From contig JAGVKQ010000022.1 of NCBI GenBank assembly GCA_020050435.1, positions 17,305 through 81,304 of the forward strand: a stretch of 64,000 nt of DNA, read 5' to 3'. Shown here in pieces: positions 20,102 to 29,779 of this stretch. Origin of the DNA: Candidatus Caenarcanales bacterium (lineage in GTDB: Bacteria; Cyanobacteriota; Vampirovibrionia; 2-02-FULL-35-15). Each line of letters opens with the position of its first letter. The first letter of the stretch is position 1. The translations under genes were made by a program, and so were the position numbers. The notes under the pieces are model-generated. The model did no database searches. It worked only from the letters and a program-made list of their open reading frames with translations, and was not told the origin of the DNA.

Positions 20102-20635
20102 ATGGAAAAAAGTGAATTTACTCAACTGTTACAAAATGAAAATGAACATATAAGTAAATTGCATAAGATTGTTCTTGATTCAGTAGATGAAGAAAAGCTT
20201 TTAGCAGATAAGGTTTACTCATCTACTGAAAGCCTTTCCTTGGCAGATAAATTAGCAGATAAAGTTGCTGAGTTTGGTGGAAGCTGGAAATTTATTATTT
20301 TATTTCTAGGAATGATCATATTCTGGATTGCTTTAAATGCATATTGGTTAAATAATAAAAGCTTTGATCCTTATCCATTTATTTTATTAAATCTTATTCT
20401 TTCATGTGTCGCAGCTCTACAGGCTCCTATTATTATGATGAGTCAAAACAGAAAAGAAGATCGTGATCGTAAACGTGCTGAAAATGACTATTTGATAAAT
20501 CTTAAATCAGAAATTGAAATTCGTAATTTACATCAAAAATTAGATTTACTTATGATTGAGCAAATGAAAAATCTTCTTGAAACACAGAAAGCACAAATGG
20601 AAAAACTTGAAAAGATTGAAGAAAAACTAAATTAA
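20102..20635 (+). CDS. DUF1003-like small membrane protein
   Basis: Two TM helices followed by …MMSQNRKEDRDRKRAENDYLINLKSEIEIRNLHQKLD…, a pattern typical of DUF1003. Confidence 0.55.
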   Translation: MEKSEFTQLLQNENEHISKLHKIVLDSVDEEKLLADKVYSSTESLSLADKLADKVAEFGGSWKFIILFLGMIIFWIALNAYWLNNKSFDPYPFILLNLILSCVAALQAPIIMMSQNRKEDRDRKRAENDYLINLKSEIEIRNLHQKLDLLMIEQMKNLLETQKAQMEKLEKIEEKLN

Positions 20636-20652
20636 TCACAAAAATAGTTGGC

Positions 20653-21489
20653 TTAAACACCACTAGAAAAATTTGCTTGAAGTTCTTTAAAGGTTAGATA
20701 AGTGCTAACGTAACTAATTCTTCCTGCTGCATTTATATCAAATCTAATTCCAGATCCATCTATTTCACTAACTGCTCTTTCTGCTGTATCAACTGTTTTA
20801 ATAGGGCAAGTTATTTCTCTATTTACAAATACTAAGAAATCTTCAACTGGATCTTTTAAGAAGTGCAAATCATCTAAAAGAAATGGCTTAGAAGAGCTAT
20901 TTACTTCTAATGTTTGTTCAGCAAGCATTTCATCTCTTTTATCTAAATACAATCTTAGTTCTGCTATTTCACCGGGTTCTAATCCTAAGTTATCAAAACT
21001 AATCTCTGCTTGAGGTACGTAAAAAAGTGGAATTTTCCTAGGGTCGTCTAAAATCGTATCCATGTGTAGTTTTATGAAATCTTTAAGAGGTAATGCTGAA
21101 AGTATCCCAGCTGAAAGAGGTTCTATGGTTATACCTTCTAAATCCCCTACTAGAATCATTTCAAATGCCTGAATTTGATCTCTTCTTTGAGTGGCACTTT
21201 GAGAATCTTCTGTTAATGTTACAGGACGATTGTCCTTTAATTTTTCAGTTCTTATACCACAATCAATAAGACTTTCTTTTAAGTTAGGAATTTGTGTTTG
21301 GTCTTGTAATGTACTTATTCTTCCTCTTAAAGATTTTTTGCCTGTTCCTTTTGGAAGAGCATCAAGTGCATCCAAAGTCTGGAGAGTCGTAAGTTCTGAA
21401 ATAGTTTTAGATTCTCTTCTTTCAAGGAGAGCAGCTCTAATGGCTTCAAGAGTCGTTGTTGTTTTTGGACCTATTCGTGTAACGTTCAT
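20653..21489 (-). CDS. hypothetical protein
   Basis: An ORF with no recognisable motifs. Confidence 0.45.
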   Translation of the reverse strand: MNVTRIGPKTTTTLEAIRAALLERRESKTISELTTLQTLDALDALPKGTGKKSLRGRISTLQDQTQIPNLKESLIDCGIRTEKLKDNRPVTLTEDSQSATQRRDQIQAFEMILVGDLEGITIEPLSAGILSALPLKDFIKLHMDTILDDPRKIPLFYVPQAEISFDNLGLEPGEIAELRLYLDKRDEMLAEQTLEVNSSSKPFLLDDLHFLKDPVEDFLVFVNREITCPIKTVDTAERAVSEIDGSGIRFDINAAGRISYVSTYLTFKELQANFSSGV

Positions 21490-21603
21490 ATAATTTCCTA
21501 AAATAAGTTTTTTAATTATAGGCTGTTTTACACGTCCCTTTTATTAATTTTTTCTAATGTTTGAGAAAATCATCCTAAAGATGGAGTAATAATAAGAGAT
21601 TAT

Positions 21604-22473
21604 TTAATAGTTTTTATAAAAAGCTTCAATTGTTATTGTGTCGCCCCACTCATTGCATTTAACTTTTATAAAATCAACTTCACCTGATTTAATCTTTTCA
21701 GTTAGTTCGGTAACTGCTAATTGAGCTTCTGTACTTCTTAAAAGTAAGCTATCTTCTGTAGGATTTATTTCTATATTAAAGTCTTCAAAGATTCTAGCGC
21801 TTTCAATTAAGTCTTTCAAATCTCCAATAATTACTCTTTTATTTTTATCACTAATTCTTATTGTGTTTTCTTCTAGAACTCTTTGTCTAGATTTTATATA
21901 TTCTTTTATTTTTTTTGTAATAAGGTTTTCTTCTCTGTGGAGTAAATTTACTCCATTAATTGAGAGTTTTCTATCATAAGGAATATCACCTAATTGCAAA
22001 TCAGTATTAAACAAATCAATTAAAGCTACTAAATATTTTTCAGAAGATATTTCTTCCCCCGCTAGATGTTTTTTAACGCAATCTTCAGCTTCTTGAAAAA
22101 GCTTTCTGTTACCAAAAGGTGATTCTTCATCTAAAACTAAAACAGCTGATTGTAATCTTCTGTTTCTGGATAAAGAATTTACAAGTACTTTATCATCTAC
22201 TGTAGCAATTTGATTTATTATAGAAAAACCTGTGTCAGCATCCACCTCGCGCCATGATAATGCTTGTTGAAGTTCATCGATTAAATCAAATGTATCGCCT
22301 TGTCTCGATAAAGCAGTATGTGATTTTACGATAGTATTACCAAGAACTGCATTTATCGCAGCTCTTTGAGCTAAAACATCTGCAAGCTCATATACATCAA
22401 AATAAGGACTAATTTTTAAAAGGTTCATAAAATACTTAGTAGCTATTATAAAATGCTTTACATTTTTTCTCAA
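21604..22473 (-). CDS. hypothetical protein
   Basis: An ORF with no recognisable motifs. Confidence 0.45.
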   Translation of the reverse strand: MRKNVKHFIIATKYFMNLLKISPYFDVYELADVLAQRAAINAVLGNTIVKSHTALSRQGDTFDLIDELQQALSWREVDADTGFSIINQIATVDDKVLVNSLSRNRRLQSAVLVLDEESPFGNRKLFQEAEDCVKKHLAGEEISSEKYLVALIDLFNTDLQLGDIPYDRKLSINGVNLLHREENLITKKIKEYIKSRQRVLEENTIRISDKNKRVIIGDLKDLIESARIFEDFNIEINPTEDSLLLRSTEAQLAVTELTEKIKSGEVDFIKVKCNEWGDTITIEAFYKNY

Positions 22474-22690
22474 GTTTAAAGTAAACCGACTTCCCTAAAA
22501 TAGACTATACCTGCTGCAAGCTCCAGAGTGTTATGCCGATTTTTAACTTCACGTCGAAATTGGAAGTCGGTTTGATTTCGCTCGCTTAATCTCTCGTGGC
22601 AAACCACGGAGTATTAAGCTTCGCTCAAATAAGTTATAATAAACTTGCTTTTTTGAATACTGACTATATTTATAATTTTCTGAGCTCTAT

Positions 22691-22767
22691 GGCAGGTGTC
22701 GCCAAGTGGTTAAGGCCCCGGGTTGTGGTTCCGGTATTCGCGGGTTCAAGTCCCGTCATCTGCCCCA
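22691..22767 (+). tRNA. tRNA-His (anticodon GTG) with encoded G-1 and 3' CCA
   Basis: A cloverleaf folded by hand. Acceptor GCAGGTG/CATCTGC (with G-1 before it), U8, a D-arm, anticodon stem CCGGG/TCCGG with loop TTGTGGT (anticodon GTG), a 5-nt variable loop, T-arm GCGGG-TTCAAGT-CCCGT, discriminator C, then CCA. Confidence 0.85.
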
Positions 22768-24348
22768 TATGGGAAGAACAGAGGCACAAGCCTCTTCCTT
22801 CCCTTTATTTAAGCCACTTTCAGCTAGTTCTAACCTAACATTTGCATTATCAAGCTCTTCTTTGTTTTCAAGAATAGGTTTTAGCCAGAAAATAGGCTCT
22901 AGCTTTAGTTTCCTGTCTTTTAAAACAAAGTTCAATCCAAGTGAAGCAAGTACTTCTTTCCTCTTTTGTATATCGCCATTATCAAAGGCTTTCTTAGCGT
23001 TTTCAGCGAAATAAAAAACCCTTTGTGTAAGCTCAATCCAATCTAATGACCTTTTGTGAGTCTGGTCAAGTCTTTGCTTTATATTGACTAGTTCATTCTT
23101 TAAAGTCTCTTGCTCTTTGATAAATTGTTCATCTGTAATCAACTCACGATATCTCATTTGAATCAGATTATCCAATTGCTTTTGAGTTTGTACATAAGAT
23201 TTTTGTTGCATTTCATATTCTTGATTTCTAGCTTTTACTTCATTATCATTTGCTTCTTTTACTTTTCTTACTGCCCATTCTCTAAATTTTGTACTTATAC
23301 CAAATCCACTTATTTCTTTTAATATTTGTTTTTCCATATCACCTAAAGTAATACTTGGTTGATTACATTTATAGTTTTTATTTTTCTTAGTGCATCTGTA
23401 ATAAATATATTTTGCTATATCACCAGTGCTTTTTATATGTTTAAATTTCTCTTCAGCCGTTACATAACATCCACATTCACCACATTTAATCATTCCAGTA
23501 AAAGAAAACTCATGAGTTTTAGCTCTTGGTTTACCTTCTTTTCCTAACAAGAATTGAACCTTATCAAATTCATTTAAAGTAACCATAGCTTCATGCTGAC
23601 CAGGATAATTAAGCCCGCTATAACTAACTATTCCAGTATAAAAAACATTAGTAAATATTCTATATATGCTGCTATTAGATAGAGGTTTATTTCCACCCTT
23701 CTTACCTCTTCTAGTTCTAAATTTCCAATCTTTATTTGCAATCTCTATAATTTTTGGTGGATTATAATTTCCTGTAAGCATTAAATCCCACATTTTGCGT
23801 ACCAAATGACATCTTTCAGGATCATTAACTATAGTTCTAGTAGCAATATCATTTATGTAGCCAGTAGGTGCATAGCAAGGAAGCCAGCCTTTTTTTACTT
23901 TACTTTCTAATCCACGTTTTGTATTTCTTTTTAAATCAATGATAAATTGATTAGCCATTCCACTTTCAACACTAAACAATAAAACATTGTCTTCAGGTTT
24001 ATATTCTCTGGTATAAGTCCTTATAGATTTAATCGTACCTTCTTGAAGTAGCCAACTGATTTTTCCACTATCTATAGGATTTCTGCTTAATCTGTTTATT
24101 TCCCAGCATAAAATACCTTGAGCTTCTCCCTTTTCTATCCTTTGAAGCATATTTTCAAAAATGGGTCTATTGTTTGGCAATTTAGCAGATTTAGCTTCAG
24201 TAAAAGTTTTAACAATTTTTAAATCAAATCTCTTCGCTACTTCTTTAAGTTTATCTAACTGATCTTCAATAGACTGAACCTGCCTATCTTCAGCTTCCTG
24301 AGATTTTCTTACATAAATAAAATATTTAATTTGATTATTTTCTGACAT
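22756..24348 (-). CDS. large serine recombinase (phage-type serine integrase)
   Basis: An N-terminal resolvase catalytic domain (YVRKSQEAEDRQVQSIEDQ…), a recombinase domain, a Cys-rich zinc ribbon (CGECGCY…C…C) and a C-terminal coiled coil. The C-terminal 12 bp overlap the tRNA-His 3' end. Confidence 0.9.
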   Translation of the reverse strand: MSENNQIKYFIYVRKSQEAEDRQVQSIEDQLDKLKEVAKRFDLKIVKTFTEAKSAKLPNNRPIFENMLQRIEKGEAQGILCWEINRLSRNPIDSGKISWLLQEGTIKSIRTYTREYKPEDNVLLFSVESGMANQFIIDLKRNTKRGLESKVKKGWLPCYAPTGYINDIATRTIVNDPERCHLVRKMWDLMLTGNYNPPKIIEIANKDWKFRTRRGKKGGNKPLSNSSIYRIFTNVFYTGIVSYSGLNYPGQHEAMVTLNEFDKVQFLLGKEGKPRAKTHEFSFTGMIKCGECGCYVTAEEKFKHIKSTGDIAKYIYYRCTKKNKNYKCNQPSITLGDMEKQILKEISGFGISTKFREWAVRKVKEANDNEVKARNQEYEMQQKSYVQTQKQLDNLIQMRYRELITDEQFIKEQETLKNELVNIKQRLDQTHKRSLDWIELTQRVFYFAENAKKAFDNGDIQKRKEVLASLGLNFVLKDRKLKLEPIFWLKPILENKEELDNANVRLELAESGLNKGKEEACASVLPIWGR

Positions 24349-24356
24349 CTTCTTTT
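24334..24356. repeat. 23-bp perfect direct repeat (ttattttctgacatcttctttta). Copy 1 spans the integrase start codon; copy 2 is at 24622-24644.
   Basis: Identical 23-mers lie 288 bp apart. Copy 2 encodes a truncated MSENNKKD* duplicate of the integrase N-terminus. Confidence 0.7.
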
Positions 24357-24446
24357 ATCCCTGTGAAATGATCAATGAGTTCATTCATTGGTTTATCTTT
24401 CCTATTCTTTTTGCCTTAGGGAAGTTACCTTTTGGTACTTCCTTTT

Positions 24447-24482
24447 TAGGCTCTTCTTTAGGCTCTTCTTTAGGCTCTTCAG
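24447..24482. repeat. 12-bp tandem repeat x3 (ctcttctttagg), giving EEPK repeats in the small minus-strand ORF 24385..24606
   Basis: Direct tandem copies are visible. Which overlapping small ORF is real is ambiguous. Confidence 0.5.
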
Positions 24483-24621
24483 TATTTCTAGTAATACTTG
24501 TGTGTATTTCTCCTATCACTCCACCGACAATTACAACAAGTATGGGCAAGGCTACAATTGCCATTCCAATGTCTACTAGTTGTCCTATACCTGCTCCTAT
24601 TGTCATATATTAATCCTTTTT

Positions 24622-24796
24622 ATTATTTTCTGACATCTTCTTTTACCACCAACCATGTTTTAGCAATTTTTATTCCCTTCAATGAACCCGCTTTTATCCT
24701 TTCCTTTAATGTTGTTGCATTTGCATAACCTAGCTTTTCAGCATCTGCTAGTGTTATTAATTCTTTCCCTTTTTTGTTAAACACCTTTTCTTGCAT
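24622..24796 (-). pseudogene. Xis/excisionase-like HTH ORF disrupted by a 1-nt frameshift in an A4 run
   Basis: ATG at 24794-24796 gives MQEKVF then a stop. The -1 frame continues …NKKGKELITLADAEKLGYANATTLKERIKAGSLKGIKIAKTWLVVKEDVRK*, an excisionase-type HTH pattern. It lies next to the integrase. Confidence 0.4.
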
Positions 24797-24805
24797 TTAT
24801 TACTA

Positions 24806-25450
24806 TTATACCCTTTCTTGTTCTTGTCGGTATCGACAATTCTTTAATACATAAGAGTTATTTATATATTTTTCAAACTTAGTGAAATTAGCTTTAAACT
24901 TCTGTAGTTTTTTTATGTAAGCATTAAACTTTCTAGTTGTATTATTACGGTATAAAGGTCTCTTTGCTCTTTTCCTTGCTTCTTCTAGCTCTCCTGCACT
25001 TATTTGTTTACCAAATTCCTTCCACTTGCCACTTAAATTACAGGCTTCATAAGTTAAATCATGACAGCTTCTGCAAGCGAAATAATGACTATAATTAGGC
25101 TTATATAAAACAGCACAGAGCTTGTTACAGGGTCCATTATTTGCTTTAATTGAGGAGCATAGGAAGAATGGCCTTATACCCCCAAGACTGCAAGGCAAGT
25201 AAGCAAGCTTAATATCATAATCAACAAACTCCTTTTGACCATAATTATTTTTTGAACAATACTGAAGGTTTATTGATGGATTATCAGCAGCATTTGCAAA
25301 TGAAAAGCTTATTTCATGTATGTCATCATTAATTACCAGCAATACTCCTGAAGAATCATTATCAAGGAATCCTTGCTGATTTAAAGTATAAATAGACAGC
25401 TTTAAACAGTCTTCTACTTCAGTTTTCTTATTCATTTGGTAATTTATCAT
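24806..25450 (-). CDS. Cys-rich hypothetical protein (possible zinc-binding)
   Basis: An ORF with multiple CxxC-like pairs. Confidence 0.45.
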   Translation of the reverse strand: MINYQMNKKTEVEDCLKLSIYTLNQQGFLDNDSSGVLLVINDDIHEISFSFANAADNPSINLQYCSKNNYGQKEFVDYDIKLAYLPCSLGGIRPFFLCSSIKANNGPCNKLCAVLYKPNYSHYFACRSCHDLTYEACNLSGKWKEFGKQISAGELEEARKRAKRPLYRNNTTRKFNAYIKKLQKFKANFTKFEKYINNSYVLKNCRYRQEQERV

Positions 25451-25599
25451 AATTTACTTCTATCTGATTAGCTTAAAGTATCATCCCCTTGCCTAAATAA
25501 TTAGAGATAAGTATTGTTGATAGCCTTTTCAAGGTTTTAGCTTTTTTGAAACTATATGTATAAGAGCAAAAAGCTAAAACCTAACTTTTACATTTAAGA

Positions 25600-27417
25600 C
25601 TATTCATCTTTAACTAAAATATACTTAGTACTATAATCACCTTTCCCACCAGAACCTACTTTTAATATAAGTTCTTGCGTTTGCAGCATTTTCAAAGCTT
25701 TAGTTATTGCATCTTTACTAAACTCTTTTGGAACTAATTGCTCATCTATCTCTTTCCTTAAAAGTCCAAGTGGCACATTTTTTAGAATTTCCATGATTCG
25801 TTTACTGGCTTTTTCAGATTCCTTTGGCTTGCTATCAAACACAAAATTACTAGCACTACCCTCACTCTCAAAAAATATTAAATTATTCTCATCTGTAGCA
25901 CGTCTGATTGCGATAGGCTCAACTTCTGGACCCTCTTTAATCTTATTGGGTGTTAGCTTCAATAAAGGGCCGTCTGTGGCTTTCTCAACTACTAAATGGG
26001 TATCTAGGTAAGAAAGGATATCTGAAGAACCTCTCAATTTTTGAGAAGCTTCTTCCCTTATGTCCTTTACTTTCTTTTTGTGGTGATGTGTAAATATTAC
26101 AGAAATTCCGAAAGTTCTACATTTTGCAATTTGACTGAAAAAATTATTTGTAACTTCTGACTCATTTTCTGATCCTGTTATAAATCGCCTGAAAGAATCC
26201 ATAATCAATACTTTAACGCCTCTTTGAGCTGCTTTCTCTAAAGTCTGATCCCATATCTTACCGTCTTTATGCAGAGTAACTACTTGATCGCATGAAAGAA
26301 TAATATCTTCACTTTCAATAACTTCTTTACCACCTCTCATACATTCAAATCTTTTTTTAAGATTAGATAAAATACTTTCTTTATCTAACATCCATACTTT
26401 TTGTTTTTCACACTGGAATTTATTTAGCCACATCCCGCCAGTAGCAAAACAAATTGCTAAATCTAAAAGCAAGAAAGTTTTATAACTTGCTGGATCACCA
26501 GAAAGCATTGCTATACCTTTTTCTTTCAATAAAGTATCTACTATCCATTTAGGTTCGGGGAAATCTGATCTAAGTAAATCTCTAATAGTAATTGGATTTA
26601 ACCAAGAGCCTGGTTCATGAGCTGATTCATATTGCTCTAATGCTTCAGAAGCAATTCTAGAATTACTAGCACTATTGAAGATAGAACCAAGTTCACCTTT
26701 TATATATGCTTCAGCATAAGTAGAAGCACATTTATCTTTAGCAAATGCTTTGAACATTTCCCATGCAAGTTTTTGTTGTTTAGGGAAACCTGAATGTAAT
26801 TGCTGTGCTATTAAATATAAGTCAGTATTCCTTTGTCCTTCTGGAATCTCTGCTGATTCTAATATATCTTGAATCTTCCCTTTGTTAGCAGAACCATCTT
26901 CAAAACATGATTCTAAAAGTTCGTAAGGTAATTCTGGAATGTCATCCCATGATTCAGGGAACTCAGTAATTTTATAAGCATTGCCATTTGGATGTATTGA
27001 TGGTGGAGCAAGTACATAACCACCTTCACCACGGAAATCTACACCAGGAATTCTCCTGCAGAAGTTAGGAAGTGATTTCCCTTTTGGCATTTTAAAATAA
27101 AAATGTAATCCACCATTTCCAGTTTCTACAGTAAAAGTATATGGAAGCTTAGAAATTAATTCATTTGCTTCTGGTGTTGATTCATCAATGTCTATTACAC
27201 AAATGTTTGATAAATTACCAGTAATGATTGCTATATTTTGAAACTCTTTAAACCATTCAGTTATTTCTTCAATGGTTGGATGTCTTTCTTGGTATTCCTT
27301 CCACTTCATTGAAGGGATTTTAGATTTAGGTGGAAGAGCAAGAATTGATAATCCTTGACTGCAATAATAAGTTACTAAATTTCTAAATGTTTTATACTGC
27401 TCTTCTGATTGTTCCAT
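25600..27417 (-). CDS. bifunctional primase-polymerase (PrimPol) N-domain fused to a RecA-like P-loop ATPase (replicative helicase-like)
   Basis: The N-terminus (…LALPPKSKIPSMKWKEYQ…NIAIITG…VIDIDES…) is prim-pol-like. The middle (…AMLSGDPASYKTFLLLDLAICFATG…) is a P-loop/RepA-like domain. This pairing is typical of integrated elements. Confidence 0.75.
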   Translation of the reverse strand: MEQSEEQYKTFRNLVTYYCSQGLSILALPPKSKIPSMKWKEYQERHPTIEEITEWFKEFQNIAIITGNLSNICVIDIDESTPEANELISKLPYTFTVETGNGGLHFYFKMPKGKSLPNFCRRIPGVDFRGEGGYVLAPPSIHPNGNAYKITEFPESWDDIPELPYELLESCFEDGSANKGKIQDILESAEIPEGQRNTDLYLIAQQLHSGFPKQQKLAWEMFKAFAKDKCASTYAEAYIKGELGSIFNSASNSRIASEALEQYESAHEPGSWLNPITIRDLLRSDFPEPKWIVDTLLKEKGIAMLSGDPASYKTFLLLDLAICFATGGMWLNKFQCEKQKVWMLDKESILSNLKKRFECMRGGKEVIESEDIILSCDQVVTLHKDGKIWDQTLEKAAQRGVKVLIMDSFRRFITGSENESEVTNNFFSQIAKCRTFGISVIFTHHHKKKVKDIREEASQKLRGSSDILSYLDTHLVVEKATDGPLLKLTPNKIKEGPEVEPIAIRRATDENNLIFFESEGSASNFVFDSKPKESEKASKRIMEILKNVPLGLLRKEIDEQLVPKEFSKDAITKALKMLQTQELILKVGSGGKGDYSTKYILVKDE

Positions 27418-27571
27418 TTTCCTTCCCCTTAATCCAAATCCATAATGATCTGCGTTATCCTAATCAATTTATTTGCAGCATCTAAAGCTAGTTCCTTACT
27501 TATTTCTTTTCCGAACTCCTCTTTGTATATAGCTTGAAATTCTTCAAGATCTTCGTCTGTAATCTTCATTG

Positions 27572-27823
27572 TTAGTTTCCGTATACTCTGGACTTGAGCA
27601 TTTTGATATTGTCAAAATAGCTGCGTGCACTCACTTGAAGATTATCCGACCAGTAATCTTCAATAACTTCATCAATACCGTCATCTTTTTGAAATATGAA
27701 TAAAACTTTTTTAGGGTTCAATTTATTTAAATTAATCAATGTGTAATTTGTAGAAATCAAACTAGAAGCTAGCCCAAGATCAGAAGTCGAAAACAGTTTA
27801 TTTTGAGTAATAGTTCTTATCAT
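27572..27823 (-). CDS. hypothetical small protein
   Basis: ORF only. Confidence 0.35.
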   Translation of the reverse strand: MIRTITQNKLFSTSDLGLASSLISTNYTLINLNKLNPKKVLFIFQKDDGIDEVIEDYWSDNLQVSARSYFDNIKMLKSRVYGN

Positions 27824-27918
27824 AGTAATTGCCTAAAAAACAAAAAAGCCAAAGCTGATTTACAACTCTGACTTTAGCTAATTGGTATGTGAATCACATG
27901 AGACTCACGTGACTCACT

Positions 27919-29010
27919 TTAATAGTTTCGTTTTATAGTTTTATCTTTCCAGGTAAAAAGCTCTTGGACAATATTTGAGTTTTCTTTTACCCTGTTGTTA
28001 ATTGCCAAGTAAGTGTCATATACAGATCTTTCATTGGTCTTTACATTGTCTGTAGCAAAGTCTTTTCCTGTCATTTCTTCAAACACCTCTGACCAATCTA
28101 CTGGTACTTGAACTTTACTATTAAACATTACCCTACAAAAACAATGTTCATTTTTGCCATAAGGCAATGTAATTTTATTATCATTTATAGTGATTGTTCC
28201 TTTTTCATTCTCAAAGTTGCTAATTAATTTTTTATCATTTACCCTCATAGCATTTAATCCTTCATTTACAATTGAGGTTTTTAGAAATATATTTTCTAGC
28301 AATTCTAATTCTACATAAATCTCATCTTTATCTTGAAGTTTGTTTCCTTCATTTTTGTAAGAATTAATAAGCCATGATTTTCTTTTATTCCAAATTTTGT
28401 GTAATTTTATTTTTTCATTGGAATCCATTGTAAGTAAAGTTCTTAAAACATCAATTTTTTTATCTTCAACCTCACTTAATGAAATAGGAAATTTTGAAAC
28501 CTTGAGATTTTCATATTCTTTTAAGAGTATTTCTGAAAGAGCTTTTTCTTGTAGCTGAAGGCTATAGTATTTTTTATCAGATTCTCCTCTATCTAGTAAA
28601 TCCATTTTGAAATTGCTTATTTCATTATTAATATCTTCTTCAAGTCTGCTTCTATCTTTAACACTAATACTTACCTGAAGTTCATCTTTATCTATAAGTT
28701 CTTCATTATTGCTAAGGAAATCAGCTTTATTTTTGATGTCTTCTAAATATTTATTTGAATTAGCAACAAAATACTCAATTGTATGTTCTATAAGCTCTCT
28801 GTTTAGATCAAGACCCATCAAATCAAAACTTATTGTTTTATTAATGCTGGACAGTTCACTTAAACAAAATAGAATATCTCCTACAGAATTATTTGAAAAG
28901 GATAGTTTATGTAGAGGAATTAATTCTGATTCATTGAGCCTTAAAAGTATTAATTTAATATATAAGAGGTGATCTAAGAGTCCTAAGTCATATTTATATC
29001 TTGTTTCCAT
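27919..29010 (-). CDS. hypothetical protein (363 aa)
   Basis: ORF only. Confidence 0.45.
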   Translation of the reverse strand: METRYKYDLGLLDHLLYIKLILLRLNESELIPLHKLSFSNNSVGDILFCLSELSSINKTISFDLMGLDLNRELIEHTIEYFVANSNKYLEDIKNKADFLSNNEELIDKDELQVSISVKDRSRLEEDINNEISNFKMDLLDRGESDKKYYSLQLQEKALSEILLKEYENLKVSKFPISLSEVEDKKIDVLRTLLTMDSNEKIKLHKIWNKRKSWLINSYKNEGNKLQDKDEIYVELELLENIFLKTSIVNEGLNAMRVNDKKLISNFENEKGTITINDNKITLPYGKNEHCFCRVMFNSKVQVPVDWSEVFEEMTGKDFATDNVKTNERSVYDTYLAINNRVKENSNIVQELFTWKDKTIKRNY

Positions 29011-29072
29011 CGTAATTTTAATTTATTTTAAAGTACTTTACTTAATAATTTTACTTCAATTAAGGTAAAAAA

Positions 29073-29318
29073 CTATTCTTCCCAGTCTAAAATCCAATTA
29101 GGTTCAATGCAGTAAATATCACATAAAGCCTTAAACTTATCTACATCACAGTTGGACTTCCCCATTTCAACTTTTGATAACTGGGATTTACTCCAGCGTA
29201 TCTTATGAGTTTCATATAAAAGCTTTAACGCTTGGCTAAGAGATAAATCCATTTCTTCCCTAGCCTGTTTAAGCCTTTTATTCCAAGTGTCAGTACTTTT
29301 CTTAGGTTTGGAAGCCAT
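29073..29318 (-). CDS. XRE-family helix-turn-helix transcriptional regulator (cI/Cro-like)
   Basis: An 81-aa protein with an HTH pattern (…LSLSQALKLLYETHKIRWSKSQLSKVEMGKSN…). It is divergent from the rightward cargo operon. Confidence 0.75.
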   Translation of the reverse strand: MASKPKKSTDTWNKRLKQAREEMDLSLSQALKLLYETHKIRWSKSQLSKVEMGKSNCDVDKFKALCDIYCIEPNWILDWEE

Positions 29319-29352
29319 CGTACTTGTAAAGATAAATGGCTCAAGTTATAAT

Positions 29353-29375
29353 CGTTTCGATAAACGAAACGTTTC
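29353..29375. promoter_or_regulatory. operator-like palindromes in the divergent promoter (cgtttcg-ataaa-cgaaacg; the overlapping 10-bp perfect palindrome gaaacgtttc)
   Basis: Perfect inverted repeats are seen in the 86-bp gap between the XRE repressor start and the first + strand cargo gene. Confidence 0.45.
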
Positions 29376-29404
29376 ATTAAAAGAAACAGGATTTTGAAAC
29401 AAAA

Positions 29405-29779
29405 ATGTATAAAACAATCTTTATTTCTATATACTTTTCCTTTATAGCTATTTTTTGCTTACCTATACAGGCAAAAGAAAAACATATATATGAAAATGGT
29501 TATCTGGCAGATATTCAAATCCAACAGAGTTACAGTAGCTCATATGTAGCTGGTATAGGTAGTGGTAGCTCACAAAATATTTTTTATCCCTTAGTGAAAG
29601 TAAATGGGATTACTTATGTTGGTCAGACATCAAGCAAATTAAAAGACTGGATAGTCGGTCAACAAATTAAAGTTAGATTTAATAAAGAGCAAACTACAAT
29701 GTACCTTAAAAGAGATAAGGGTGGAGATTTCGGTATTGAAGTTGTAAAAAGAGTAATGGGAAATGAAATTCACAAATAA
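29405..29779 (+). CDS. small secreted protein
   Basis: An N-terminal signal peptide. It is the first gene of a co-directional run. Confidence 0.45.
   Translation: MYKTIFISIYFSFIAIFCLPIQAKEKHIYENGYLADIQIQQSYSSSYVAGIGSGSSQNIFYPLVKVNGITYVGQTSSKLKDWIVGQQIKVRFNKEQTTMYLKRDKGGDFGIEVVKRVMGNEIHK

Noticed and set aside
22596-23014. ORFs 22596..22838 and 22706..23014 on the + strand
   Set aside because: They overlap the tRNA-His gene and the integrase CDS. These regions are explained by those features.
24447-24482. CRISPR-like array
   Set aside because: Only three 12-bp direct tandem units with no spacers, so this is a simple tandem repeat. No CRISPR array exists anywhere in the window.
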